Assembly (NCBI GenBank): GCA_002104905.1
Contig: MCFE01000351.1
Coordinates: forward strand, 1-64,000
Origin: Basidiobolus meristosporus CBS 931.73
Taxonomy: Eukaryota; Fungi; Basidiobolomycota
Length of the DNA: 64,000 nt
Reading direction: 5' to 3'
Part shown: one piece after another, positions 1 through 12,471 of the stretch
Position numbering within the stretch: position 1 is the stretch's first letter
How the letters are laid out: every line of letters starts with the position of its first letter
Notes under the pieces: generated by a model
Seen by the model: only the letters and a program-made list of their open reading frames with translations
The model's database searches: none
What the model was told of the DNA's origin: nothing
Program-made: the position numbers and the translations under genes

Positions 1-679
1 ATAGTGTGCCAGAGAGACCAAGTGAACCTATGCTTGGCCACAGAGTGTAAAATAAAGCTCTGCATCTTTGTGCAAAGCCACCCCTGTGTTTCACCCATTG
101 TGTTGAAGAAAATTAATTCTTTGACCTTTTTTTTGGTCAATATTGTGCAGGATGTGTAAGTGCACAAAAGGATTGAAGTCATGCCTTAAGTACTCAACAC
201 CCATGGCACTCTGAATCTAGCTCCTGTGGCTGGTAACATGACAGAAAAATGCATGGCACTATATTGGTCCACTGGTACTATCTGGCACTATAAGTGCTTT
301 GCATAGATCATACTTCAGTGCTAATAATTAAATATAGTGCTAGGTAGTACCAGTGGACCAAGATAGTGCCATGCATTTTTCTGTCATGTTACAAGCCACA
401 GGAGTTAGATTCAGAGTGCCATGGGCATTGAGTACCTCATGCGTGTCTTCAGCTCTTCTGTGCTCTTACACATCCTGCAAAACATTGATCCGCAAAAAAA
501 CATCAAAAAATGGATTTTCACCTGCATCATTTGTGAAACACAGGGGTTGCTCTGCATGAAGATGCAGAGCTATGTTTCACACTCTGTGGCCAAGTATAGG
601 CTCACTTGGCTTCTCTGGCACACCATGACATCATCTGGCACTCATTGGGCTATGTGGCACTATCCAATGGAACAAGTCT
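1..679. mobile_element. Fold-back MITE (733-bp family), left end outside window
   Basis: 1-292 is the reverse complement of the arm starting at ~334; ~40-bp spacer; ends ...GGAACAAGTCT followed by AAT (680-682); CACTA transposase sequence resumes after it. Confidence 0.9.
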
Positions 680-744
680 AATATATATGCAGTTGATCCA
701 GTCTTTGCATTTGTATTGTTGCATATGCATATGAATATTGATTG

Positions 745-1093
745 TATTGTAATTATTAAGTTTCCACCAAAATATTCATGCTAGATTAGTCACATAGACC
801 TTATTCTTTGATTAGCATTCTGTCCTGACCAAATCTCTTGTTGGGATTTACTTAGAATATTTTTACCAAATTGTCAGGTACCCAGATTATGATCTTTCTC
901 AAGGTTGCCCAAAAGCCCCCAAAGTTTGCACACATATTCTTGGGACCTTCCTTAACAAACTCTACATGTATGTTTGCTCTACTTTATCAAAAGTATAAAT
1001 ACCATACTTTTGATCAATAAATCTACAAGTGAATAACATGTAAATCCTCTAGTTATCCACATCACTTCCAATACTCCTCAGAATATTGCAACA
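745..1093 (+). repeat. Copia 5' LTR
   Basis: Aligns end to end with 3684-4032; initial TG mutated to TA. Confidence 0.9.
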
Positions 1094-1105
1094 GGTTATG
1101 GGCCC
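1094..1105 (+). other. Primer-binding site, half-tRNA(iMet) type
   Basis: GGTTATGGGCCC directly after the LTR terminal CA, matching the Drosophila copia-type PBS. Confidence 0.8.
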
Positions 1106-3683
1106 CAAGCCTGCTGTCTACTTTGCCTTAGATCCTTTCTGCTAGTCTGGAGAACTTTCTGCACTATTGCTCTGCCCAAGTTAAAGATGACTATCACTGC
1201 TACAAGGACTATGTTCATGATGATATTGCTGTGCAGAAGAAGGCCTTGCATTCAAAAGAGGCCTTCAGTAACTACTCAAGTTAGTTATGAAGAAGAATCA
1301 ATCAAACTGGCATGTAATTATGTCAAGAAATATAGTATGTTGGTGCTCTACCACTAATGAAAAAAATTGCGTAATTCCAGCAATTGAGGGTCCAGATCTA
1401 CAATGAAATATATTGCTATATGTATTCATATGACCTTAATTGACTGTTTGACAAGCTTTTGGATGGGATATTATCCAGAATTGCAAAAAAAATAATAGAT
1501 CATCATTGAATGATTGCCAGAGGAAGATTTACCAAATCTGTTGGCACTCAAAATAAGGCTGAGAATGCAAATACTGGAGCTGTTGACCACCAATTTAGAC
1601 TACCTACTAGTAGAAAAAGATCTCAGAAACATGCTCCCTGAGTTGGAAGGATACTGATGATATACAACACATGTATATCCACCTGTAGTTCCAATATGTA
1701 CCACCCAGTCAAATGGAAGAATGCTATATTTGTATCAAGTGTTATGATACTGAAACTAATGTACCAGGAGCTAAATATGGAGCTGTTAGATGTGCTATCA
1801 CTCTGTTTAAGTCTCAAAACTGTGGGAGAATGTATTATACAAATTTAGCAGAATCAACTCAAGAGGGTTCTACCACCAGCCTAAGGAGCAAAGCATATAA
1901 TTGCCAGACTGATTGGAGTATACAACCAAGCAACAGTTGAACAGTACACAGCTAAAAGCCACTCATAATATAACATAGTACTTTATACTTGATAATATCA
2001 CTCATTACAGTGGGAGAAAACACTGGTGCCATTTGATTCCCTGGATCAGATCAGAAGAATTGTTATTGATCAAGTAACTGCCAAGCTCTGCAACTCAAGA
2101 TACTGATGTATTGAAGTCTGATACCAAAGTGATCATGAAGCTAGCTATCATATGCAGTTTATTTGATCAAATTTGGTTGACTCTACCAAAAGTTGTGACT
2201 GTACTAAGTGGATGCCAATTATGATTATTTCACTCTCAAATAGTCAGATATTATGGAACTATGATGTCATGGAGACTCTTGTGCGCAAAAACACCATGGT
2301 CCCACCTGCAAGGCAGTCCAGAACCACCCCATAGAAGGAATTATCCCTGGGTCATCAGAAGAAAAAGAAAAGAAGAAAAAAATGGAAAATACCACTACCG
2401 CAAACTAGGGTACTTCCCAAATGGAGCCAAAGCTTATGTAGGCCATATTTAGACTATCTGGCAGTGCAGATATGCTCTATGGAGCCTCTTGTACAAAATT
2501 TGCAAGCCAGAATCCCCAGAAGAGCCTAGATACTTCAACAGGATCTGTCAGATATTGTAGTATATATTGGAACAGATTATTTAATGCAGATGTCTTGATG
2601 TCTGCTGTCTATGGAGCTGAAAGAAAAGGTGCAAGAATCAACCAAGATGGTTTTTATGGATTCTGAAGACACTGAGAAGATCAGTTAGCCTTTCAAACCA
2701 AGCTCAAGGTTAAAAATAACTATCAGGAGAATAAGGATAATCAAAGCCCTTGTTAAGGAGAATCTCACTTCTGTAAAAGTGCCAATCTCTGTTCTACAAG
2801 TATATTCTGATAAGACATAAGCAGATGTATCAATCCAGATCAGTAGAAGCACTCTAAGAACAGCTACCAAACAACCTATGGTGTTGCTTAATACCAAAGT
2901 GGGTAAATCAAGAAGCAAATGGGCTTTGAATCTACCACAAATGAAGTAATCAGTCCAAAGAAAGCTATTGCTACTTAAAGAAGACAAAGATCACAATTCT
3001 AGATCATTTTTGTGGATGTGAGTCACTAAACAGCAGTTATTCAAGTGGGAGCAGGCCATCCCAGCTCAGAGTTGAGCAAAAACCTTCTTTGTAGGCCATA
3101 TCTTATGTGCCATAGTGCCAGGAAATGAGGATAATCTGGATCAGGCTTAAATGACAAAACCTTGACTTTGCCCAACATAGGTCATTTTTTTTACCTCATA
3201 TAGAGTCTATATGATGGAAATAACTGTACGTGAGCCAAATATGGACATAGAGTGAAGTTGTCTAAGTGAATTAGACCTTTGCCCAGAAATAAGGAAACTC
3301 CAGATCTGCCGTAAATGACAAAACCTTAACTTGACCAAAAGTGGGTCAATTTTGCTCAAATAAGAAGCATTGGATAGCCCAGAGGCTATAAATCAGTATT
3401 ATAATCTAACAATCATACTTGGAGCATTATTTAATCTTGTGCAACTGATCAAAATAATGGTTAGTATTTTGATCAGATCATTCTGATTTTTTGGCATACT
3501 TATATGTGGATATGCACACTGAGTCTCAAGTTTTTTCTTGTCCAAATAAGTTGAACACAAGTGCATATACTGTTGGATAATATATTAGTCCAGAGTGCAA
3601 TACAGCTAAGTCTTATATGCCTATTACAGATTGCACACTCTCAATATGTATTTATTTCTCATGAATATTTTGTTGAGTGGGAG

Positions 3684-4032
3684 TGTTGTAATTATTAAGT
3701 TGTCACCAAAATATTCATGCTATATTAGTCACATAGATCTTATTCTTTGATTGGCATTCTGTCCTGACCAAATTTCTTGTTGGGATTTACTTAGAGTATT
3801 TTCACCAAATTATCAGGTACCCAGATTATGATCTTTCTCAAGGTTGGCCAAAAGCCCTCAAACTTTGCACACATATTCTAGGGACCTTCCTTAGCAAGCT
3901 CTACATGCTTGTTTGCTCTACTTTATCAAAAGTATAAATACCATACTTTTGATCAACAAATCTACAAGTGAATAACATGTGAATCCTCTAGTTCTCCACA
4001 TCACTTCCAATACTCCGCAGAATATTGCAACA
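3684..4032 (+). repeat. Copia 3' LTR
   Basis: TGTTGTAATT...GCAACA, preceded by GAGTGGGAG (3675-3683, PPT-like). Confidence 0.9.
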
Positions 4033-4037
4033 GATTG

Positions 4038-5560
4038 GAGCTCATGAGAAGTACTAAGGGTAGTAGATACACTGTAATATCTTGCAAATTTTTCAAATTT
4101 CCCTGGTATCTCAAAGGGCTCATTTGGCTCAAAATGCCCCTGGTACAACTTAGTCATCAGTATAGAGATAATGTTGAAAAGATAATGCATTGCTCCCAGT
4201 GGAAAGCTTTTGCTCCAACAGATACCCTCTATCTTAAGTATTTCTGATTTCCAATTGATTCCATATTCTAGCCAATGGCTAATAGCTTGCTTACTTTGCT
4301 GCAATTGCATGATGACTTCTGTACATTCTCTCTGTAGGAAGATGATGCTCCTAGTGTTAGTGTTTTGGTAGTAATGATGTGTGTGAATTATGAAGTAAAT
4401 CCTCTGGAACTCACACATTCAACAGTAATACCATCCATTGTGCCCAGAAAATCCAACTATCTTGCTGATAGCTAGAATATCTCCAATGCAGATAATAATA
4501 TGCGCTTTGACATGAGGGCCATTTACGGTAATCCTGCTGGAAAGCATACAAAACTCATTCAGCAATGGATAAAGGTAGTAATCCAGGTTAGACAGTGATT
4601 TAGGCCAAAATACCGGTGCAAGTACTATCAGATTGTTGCTCTGACACCATAAAACAAGCAGCTAATTCAGGTTGATGAGAATCAGTGGCCAGCAGGATTT
4701 GCTGGTAGAGTAGTTGTTTAATGTTAGTCTGTCATGTGCTAAAGCAAAGGCATGATCATAAATACCTTCAAAGTAGCCTTGCTTCATAGCGGTTTGTAAG
4801 GTTTGCCATCAAATATTTTGGATGTGTTTGCATTTGGTTGATATTGAGTACCATACTTTGTAGCATTGCAATATTTGCCAGACTGCATGGGCTTCTTCAA
4901 ATGGGGTACTACCAGAATATATCTTGTGTGTGAACAATGTTTTCCCTCAGTGTTGGTTGTTTCCTGACAATTTGGACACGTTGCAATGGTGACATTTTTC
5001 AGTGTGAATGCCATGCAACTGATGACAGATACTGGAATCTGGACAGGCTTTGGGTCATATGTTGCCAGTCACATGATGGTTGTCTACTTGTACCATGTAC
5101 ATTGTAGCCCCAACATAACATCATTCACCAATTGATGGATTACTGGGCTCACTTGGCTCCATAAAGTATCCTTGGCATTTGCTTCATGGGTGCTGTCTCA
5201 TAGCATATTGGGATTTGCCCAGGCTCATGTGTGGTACTGTTGTTAGGGGAGATAGGCTTGCCATCCATATGTGAGCCTTCTATGTCAGAGGTATCACTCT
5301 GCATGCCATACTCAGAAGGTTGAGGTGAGCCTAAAGGATTCATATACTCACCTGACTCTGTTTGCACAAGGTAACAAAGATGTCCAGGTGCCAATTTAGA
5401 AGTATCAACTTGCCAGCAAGATAATGTGGTACAATAGTGGCTGGTGAATTGCCTAGTATAACTTGTGTGGCAAAACACTGGCCAAAATCCTTGTAATACT
5501 TCCTATGTGGTCTGCATGCTTTATGGCTGCAAGGCTTGCTATAGTAGCCGCATGGTCTTG
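4038..5560 (-). pseudogene. CACTA/EnSpm (Transposase_21/tnp2-like) transposase fragment
   Basis: Minus-strand peptides CWSKSFPLGAMHYLFN, CPNCQETT and PLGSPQPSEYG match the other copies; continues the 680-744 host sequence across the Copia insertion. Confidence 0.8.
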
Positions 5561-5817
5561 TTCTTCTCCTCTTGCCACATTGAAGCTAAGCAGTCTTATC
5601 TATGAGGCAAACAGTTTGACACTCAACAATGAAATGTTGTTATATCACTTTTTGGTCAATACTCATGTGAATTGAAACAGTCTTGTACTTAGGATATTGT
5701 ACCTACCTCAATGTAAGATTCAAGGATGACCCGCCAAAGTGAGCGTTATAAATAAAGCTGTGGGACCACATACCTATGTATATGTAACACTGTTTCCCCT
5801 TTAGTTTGACTCACTTC

Positions 5818-5970
5818 CATATATATGCTGCCAATAATAAAGCAAAGTTGTCTGGTTCTCAACCAAAACAAACGGCTGATGGCAGCAGAAGAATAGTTGC
5901 ACAACAGCTTGCTTTGACATTCAGTGCAACAAGCAGGGCTACATCCAAAAAAAGGCCATGTTGACAGTGT
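5818..5970 (+). pseudogene. 5' fragment of CACTA second ORF
   Basis: Homologous to 18887-19050 (MPPRNKAKSSGSQP...SKKGSVDSV); cut by the CCCTATG terminus at 5971. Confidence 0.7.
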
Positions 5971-8546
5971 CCCTATGAAAAATAATTTGGTCCCCTGGGT
6001 GGATCCAATCCGGATCATCTGTCAAAATCCCATCTAGAGACCGTCATAATAACAGCAGCTTGGAATTAGAGACCCTCCTGATGATCTTATAACAAGATCC
6101 TGATGGTGTTTTGCAAATTTTACAGCCAAATAAAGGGATAAACTTGACAATTTTTGATTGGTGCTGTGACAATATTTGCATGGTATTGTTGCAGTCTTTC
6201 AGCGCTCTATTACTATTTTAAGTGGATCCAGTTGGCTAGGACTTCCAATTGCCTTATATGGCAAGAAACTTGACAGTATTTTGACAGCCTCACAGCAAGA
6301 CTCTGATGGCTTTTTTTTGGCAGTATAACGGCCTACTGCTGGTTCTGTATAGTGCTACCATACCAGTTTACCAAATGGTATTTCCTTTTTCTACCTCCCC
6401 TTGTGCAATTCATATATTCCACTGTAGAATCACCTTTCTTTATTTGCTTACCCACTACTACCTTGGGTATTCCACATATAGTTGAATCAAAAAAAAATAT
6501 GGCCTCCTGCTTACTAACCTCTACAAACATGCACTCCTGCCACAATTGACATACTTCTATCACCTCAACTTTACGGCTTTTTAGTGTGATACTTGCAAAG
6601 TTGCCATATACCTTGTACTGCTGGTGGCATATATAACTTACAAACATATGCTTGGATGTAACCACTTCTGCCATGAATACCTCATGAACATTGGCAAAGA
6701 ACTTCATGGTATTTAGCCAATATATTCCTTCTCCCTTCTGGATTCTGATCCCCATCATAGGTGTGCTCTGGCTTTTGGTTGTGTGAATTCTGTATTGAAT
6801 GGTATAGCAGTTGGCTTGTGACTACACAAAATCCAGCATATCATGGCAGAGTTTTCCTGATAAAAATTAGTTGCTTGTGGCACCCAACCCAACTTTGCAT
6901 TACTTGACTGATTACCCATGCATTGGGGCTGCTTAGCTTTTTAATGCCATAGGCATAGGTGTCTCCATGTGCACATTTGTCATCAGTATTTTCCATCTCT
7001 TTCTGTATATCCTCCATATGCCAACTCATCACATCCAGGATGGACTTGAAGGTAATAATCTTGATGAGACTGGGATATGGTAGCACCTGCAACTTGACTT
7101 GTCTCCCTATCTCCCCACACATCTGCTGCATAGGAAACTCCCAAAAGGTGAAGCAAGGCCCAATATTCTCCACACACCATGCAAGATGGAGTAGAGAATG
7201 GATATAGTAGCGGCAGAGATCTATGTGTCCAGCTTTATGTTTGTAGTATAGCTGCTCAAATCCCATCACAAACTCCTCACACAAAAGCTGTAGATATGTC
7301 AAGTTGGCATTGATGATCTGCTTCTGGATAAATATTCCTACAATGTCCACATATGACTCCCAATGCTTCCAATATACTCTTGGTAGGAATGGCTTCAGAA
7401 CACCACTTGAATAAATATATATCCAGTTCATCCAGTCTTTGCATTTGCATTGTTGGATATGCGTATGAATATTAATTGGAGCCGGTGAGAAGAACTTAGG
7501 GTAGCAGATACTCTGTAATATCTACCTAATTTTTTCAAATTTCCCCAGTTTCTTTAAGGGCTCATTTTGCTTAAAATGCGCCATGCACAACTTGGTCATC
7601 AATATAGGGATATTGCTGAAAAGCAAATGCATTGCTCCCAGTGGAAAGCTTTTGCTCCAACAGATACCCTCTAACTTAAATATCTCTGGTTTCCAATTGA
7701 TTCCATACTCCAGCCAATGGCTTATAGCTTGCCAACTTTGCTGCAATTGCATGCTTACTTTTGTACATTCTCTCTGTGAAAAGATGATGCTCTTAGTGCT
7801 GGTGTTTGGGTAATAATAGTGTGTGTGAGTTATGGAATAAATCCCCTGGATCTCACATATTGAACAGCAATACCATCCATTGTGCCTGGAAAGACCTGCT
7901 ATCTTGCTGATGGCTGGGGTATCTCCAATGCAGATTATAATATGCACTTTTACATAATGGCCATTTACTGTTATCCTGCTGGAAAGCATACAAAATTTAT
8001 CCAGCAATGAATACAGGTAGCTATCCAGGTTGGAAGGTGATTTAGGCCCAGATCCCAGTGAGACTACCATCAGATTATTGCTCTGATACTGCAAGATGGG
8101 CAGGAGATCCAGATTGATGAGAATCAGTGGTAAGCAGTATATGCTGGTAGAGTACTTGTTTAATGAGAATCCCTCAATTGTTAAAGCAAAGGCATGGTCA
8201 TATATACCTTCAAAGTAGCCCTTGCTTCTTAGCTGTTTGTAGTGCTTGCCATCAAATATATTGGATATGTTTGCACTTCATTGATACTGAGTGCAGTACT
8301 GTATAGCTTTGCAATATTTGTTGGACTGCATCAGCTTCCATGAACAGGGTATGATCATAATATATCCAGAGTATGAACAATGTTTTCCCTCAATGGTGGT
8401 GGATTCCTGACAATTTGGACACATTGCAATGGTAGCATTTTCTGATGTGAATGCCATGTAACTGTTCACACATGCTGGAATCAGGACAGTCTCTAGATCC
8501 TATGTTGCCAGCTGCATGACATTTGTCCACTTGTACCATGTATATG
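5971..8546 (-). mobile_element. CACTA element, transposase-side portion with terminus at 5971
   Basis: Starts CCCTATGAAAAATAATTTGG; ORF remnants 7522-8094 (GPKSPSNLDSYL...CIGDTPAISKIAG..HNG..CC.ICEI.G), 6841-7431 (W.DWMNW...YYIHSLLHL...W.FPM) and 6333-6758. Confidence 0.85.
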
Positions 8547-10055
8547 CCCTATGAAAAATAATTTGGTCCCACGGGTGGATCAGATCCAGATCATCCATCA
8601 AGATCCTGTTCAGAGACCATCATAATAACAGCAGATTGGAATTAGAGACCCTCCTGACAATCTTACAACAAGACCATGATGGTGTTTAGCAAATTTTACA
8701 GCCAAATAAAGGGATAAAACTTGACAATTTTTGATTGGTGCTGTGACAATATTTGCATGTTATTGTTGCGGTCTTTCAGCGCTCTATTACTATTTTAAGT
8801 GGATCCAGTTGGCCAGGACTTCAAATTGCCTTATATGGCAAGAAACCTGATGGTATTTTGACAGCCTCACAGCAAGACTCTGATGGCTTTTTTTTGGCAG
8901 TATGACGGCCTACCGCTGGTTCTGTATAATGCTACTGTACCAATTTACCAAATGGTATTTCCTTTTTCTACCTCCCCTTGTGCAATTCATATATTCCACT
9001 GTAGAATCACCTTTCTTTATTTGCTTACCCACTACTACCTTGGGTATTCCACATATAGTTTGAATCAAAAAAAACTATGGCCTCCTGCTTACTAACCTCT
9101 ACAAACATGCACTCCTGCCACAATTGACATACTTCTATCACCTCAACTTTACGGCTTTTTAGTGTGATACTTGCAAAGTTGCCATATACCTTGTACTGCT
9201 GGTAGCATATACATATTGCAAACATATGCTTGGTTGTTGCCATTACTGCCATGAATACCTCCTGAATATTGGCAAAGAACTTCTTGGTATTTAGTCAATA
9301 TATTCCTTCTCCTTGCTGGATTCTAGTCCCCCTTATAGGTGCGCTCTGGCTTTTGTTTGTGTGAATTCCATATTGAATGGTGTAGAAGTTGACTTGTGAC
9401 CACAAGAAATCTGGCAAATCTTGGTGGAGTTTTCCTGATAAAAATTAGTTGCTTGTTGCACCCAACCCAACTTTGCATTACTTAACTGATTACCCACGCA
9501 TTGGGGCTGCTTAGCTTCTTAATACCATAGGCATAGGTGTCTCCATGTGCACATTTGTCATCAGTATTTTCCAACTCTTTCTGGCTGTCCTCCATGTGCC
9601 AACTCAGCACATCCATGACGGATGCAAAGGTAATATTCTTGATGAGATTGGGATATGATTGTACCTGCAACTTGACTAGTCTTCCTTTCTCCCCACACAT
9701 CTGCTCCATAAGAAATTCCGAAAAGGTGAAGTAAGGCCTGATATTCTCCACACACTGTGCAAGTTGGAGTAGAGAATGGATACTGTGGCGGCAGAGATCT
9801 ACATGTTCAGCTTTATGTTTTTAGTACAGCTGCTCAAACCCCGTCACAAACTCCTCACACAACAGCTGTAGATGTGTCAAGTTGGCATTGGTGATCCACT
9901 TCTGGATAAATATTCCTACAATGTCCACATATGACTCACAATGCTTCCAATGTACTCTTGGTAGGAATGGCTTCAGAACACCACTTGAATAAATACATAT
10001 CCAGTTCATCCAGTCTTTGCATTTGTATTGTGGCATTGGCATATGAATATTAATT

Positions 10056-10475
10056 GGAGCCTGTGAGAAGTACTTAGGGTAGCGGATACTCTGTAATATC
10101 TTGCCAATTTTTTCAAATTTCTCCGGTATCTCAAAGGGCTCATTTAGCTTGAAATACCCTATGTACAACTTTGTCATCAGTATAGGGATAATGTTGAAAA
10201 GCAAATGCATTGCTCCCAGTGGAAAGCTTTTGCTCCAACAGATGCCCACTTTCTTAAGTATATCTGGAGCCCGTGAGAAGTACTTAGGGTAGCGGATACT
10301 CTGTAATATCTTGCCAATTTTCTCAAATTTCTCCAGTATCTCAAAGGGCTCATTTTGCTTAAAATGCCCCATGTACAACTTGGTCATCAATATAGGGATA
10401 TTGCTGAAAAGCAAATGCATTGCTCCCAGTGGAAAGCTTTTGCTCCAACAGATACCCTCTATCTTAAGTATCTCT
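10056..10475. repeat. 210-bp in-frame tandem duplication
   Basis: GGAGC..GTGAGAAG at 10056 and 10266; ORF 9821-10420 repeats MHLLF...IRYPKYFS.AP. Confidence 0.9.
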
Positions 10476-11240
10476 GGTTTCTGATTGATTCCATATTCCG
10501 GCCAATGGCTTATAGCTTGCCAACTTTGCTACAATTGCATTCTTACTTTTGTACATTCTCTCTGTGGAAAGATGATGCTCTTAGTGCTGATGTTTGGGTA
10601 ATAATAAGGAGCGTGAGTTATGGAATAAATCCCCTGGATCTCACATATTGAACAGCAATACCATCCATTGTGCCCGGAAAGACCTGCTATCTTGCTGATG
10701 GCTGGGGTATCTCCAATGCAGTTAATAATATGCACTTTTACATGATGGCCATTCACCATTATCCCGCTGGAAAGCATAGAAAATTCATTCAGCAATGGAT
10801 ACAGGTAGCTATCCAGGTTTGACGGTGATTTAGGCCCAGATACCAGTGAGACTACCATCAGATTATTGCTCTGATACCATACAATAGGCGGCAGATTCAG
10901 ATCAATGAGAATCAGTGGCCAGCAGGATTTGCTGGTAGAGTACTTGTTTAATGAGAATCCATCAAGTGCTGAAGCAAAGGCATGGTCATACATACCTTCA
11001 AAGTAGCCCTTGCTTCATAGCTGTTTGTAGTGTTTACCATCAAATATATTGGATATGTTTGCGCTTGATTGATACTGAGTGCAGTACTGTATAGCTTTGC
11101 AATATTTGCCAGACTGCATCAGCTTCCTCAGATGGGGTATGACCGGAGTATATCTGGAGTGTGAACAATGTTTTCCCTCAATGGTGGTGGATTCCTGACA
11201 ATTTGGACACATTGCAATGGTAGCATTTTTGGATGTGAAT

Positions 11241-12471
11241 TGTGGTAATGGAAAGTATTCCATTACTACAATATCTCTAAACCAATATTGCACTCATTTC
11301 TTTATTTTGCTTTTTGCTATCGTAACACACAAGAGAAAGATCAAGAATTTCCAACTTTGAAGAGCAAATGCTCCAGACCCTGACAAGCAATCCACCCAAG
11401 AATATTATGTCATACAGAACACGTAGTAGCCAACACATGTTTCAAATTACAGCTCATTTGAAGCAGTACTTAAGGAGTTATGACCAAAAGAGTCCAACTA
11501 TTATATATACTATGCCTTATTGCTAGGATTACTATGGTGACTTTGATCGCGTGTAACTTTTGAACCAGCCAATCAACTCACGTGAAATTTTCACAGGTGC
11601 TGCGCCTATGTCCGATCTGCGCCACTGCAAAATTTTAGCTTTGTCTCACGTGTATTGCTTGCGCAATCGCCCAAAAACTTTGATCCTTCAAAATTTTCAT
11701 TTATATGACTTCCCCAGCTGAAAAATAAAGAGGGAGCCTCTCTTTCCAGAATCTCCACACTACAATTACAAGTTTAAAGGTTATAAGACTTCCCCTGCAT
11801 CACTTGCACTGTTGAGTATTCTGACTTTGATCGGTACTACATCAGTAAAGAGACTGCAAAGCTCACAAGAATCCAATCTAAGTTCTACAAGAAACTACCA
11901 CTTTTCTGTCGGAAAAGTCCCCTCTAAGAAACCCCTTTACTCTAAAGACACCCCTTTAGTCTAAAGACCCCTTTAGAGACCCCTTTAGGAAACCCCTTTA
12001 CTCTAAAGAAGCCCCTTTAGGCACCCCTTTAGTGTAAAGTCCACTTTAGAGACCACTACAAGAAGCCCCTTTACTCTAAAGACACCCCTTTAGACACCCC
12101 TTTAGGTCTAAAGACCCCTTTAGAGACTTCTACAACACACCCCTTTAGGTTAAAGGGGAGGTCAGAATTCCCATATTAGGAAATATTTTCTCAGAAAGGA
12201 AAGTGACTTCCAAATAAGGAAAAGTTACTATAAAAGTAAATAAGCCCATTAGTCGACAGAAGGTCAGAACACTGCTGTAGAAGTGATAAACACTGCCTAC
12301 AGCATATTTTGAGCCCAAGATTGAGGAAATTAGTGAAAGTTATATCTTCTATCGGTATATCAAACTCCCAATAGACTATTTCAGTATTAGCATACTGGAA
12401 GTTGTTGTATATTGTTGATTAGCCTCTACATTGTAGAACAAGCCCCAAACTAATCATAATACAACACAACA
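11241..12471. mobile_element. Solo LTR, young 1.2-kb family, copy 1
   Basis: TGTGGTAATG...ACACAACA; 4-bp TSD GAAT (11237-11240, 12472-12475); CpGs retained. Confidence 0.92.
11932..12158. repeat. CCCCTTTA/CTAAAG interspersed array within LTR
   Basis: 12 CCCCTTTA units counted by eye, closed by an inverted TAAAGGGG. Confidence 0.9.

Larger units (their letters stand above)
745..4032 (+). mobile_element. Ty1/Copia LTR retrotransposon, internally deleted and decayed
   Basis: 349-bp direct repeats 745-1093 and 3684-4032 (TGTTG/TATTG...CAACA); 5-bp TSD GATTG at 740-744 and 4033-4037; PBS GGTTATGGGCCC; purine tract before the 3' LTR; LAYLYVD RT-like remnant near 3495-3515. Confidence 0.9.

Noticed and set aside
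353-681. Short ORFs in the fold-back MITEs (also 14881, 38930, 50928) as coding genes
   Set aside because: Starts and stops differ between copies and the DNA is palindromic; chance ORFs.
1190-1340. YVHDDIA read as a LINE RT catalytic motif
   Set aside because: It lies ~100 bp after a Copia PBS, inside matched LTRs with a TSD, where gag is expected.
11932-12158. CRISPR array or true telomere
   Set aside because: No constant repeat-spacer period or cas genes; the units are internal to an LTR and recur in every copy.
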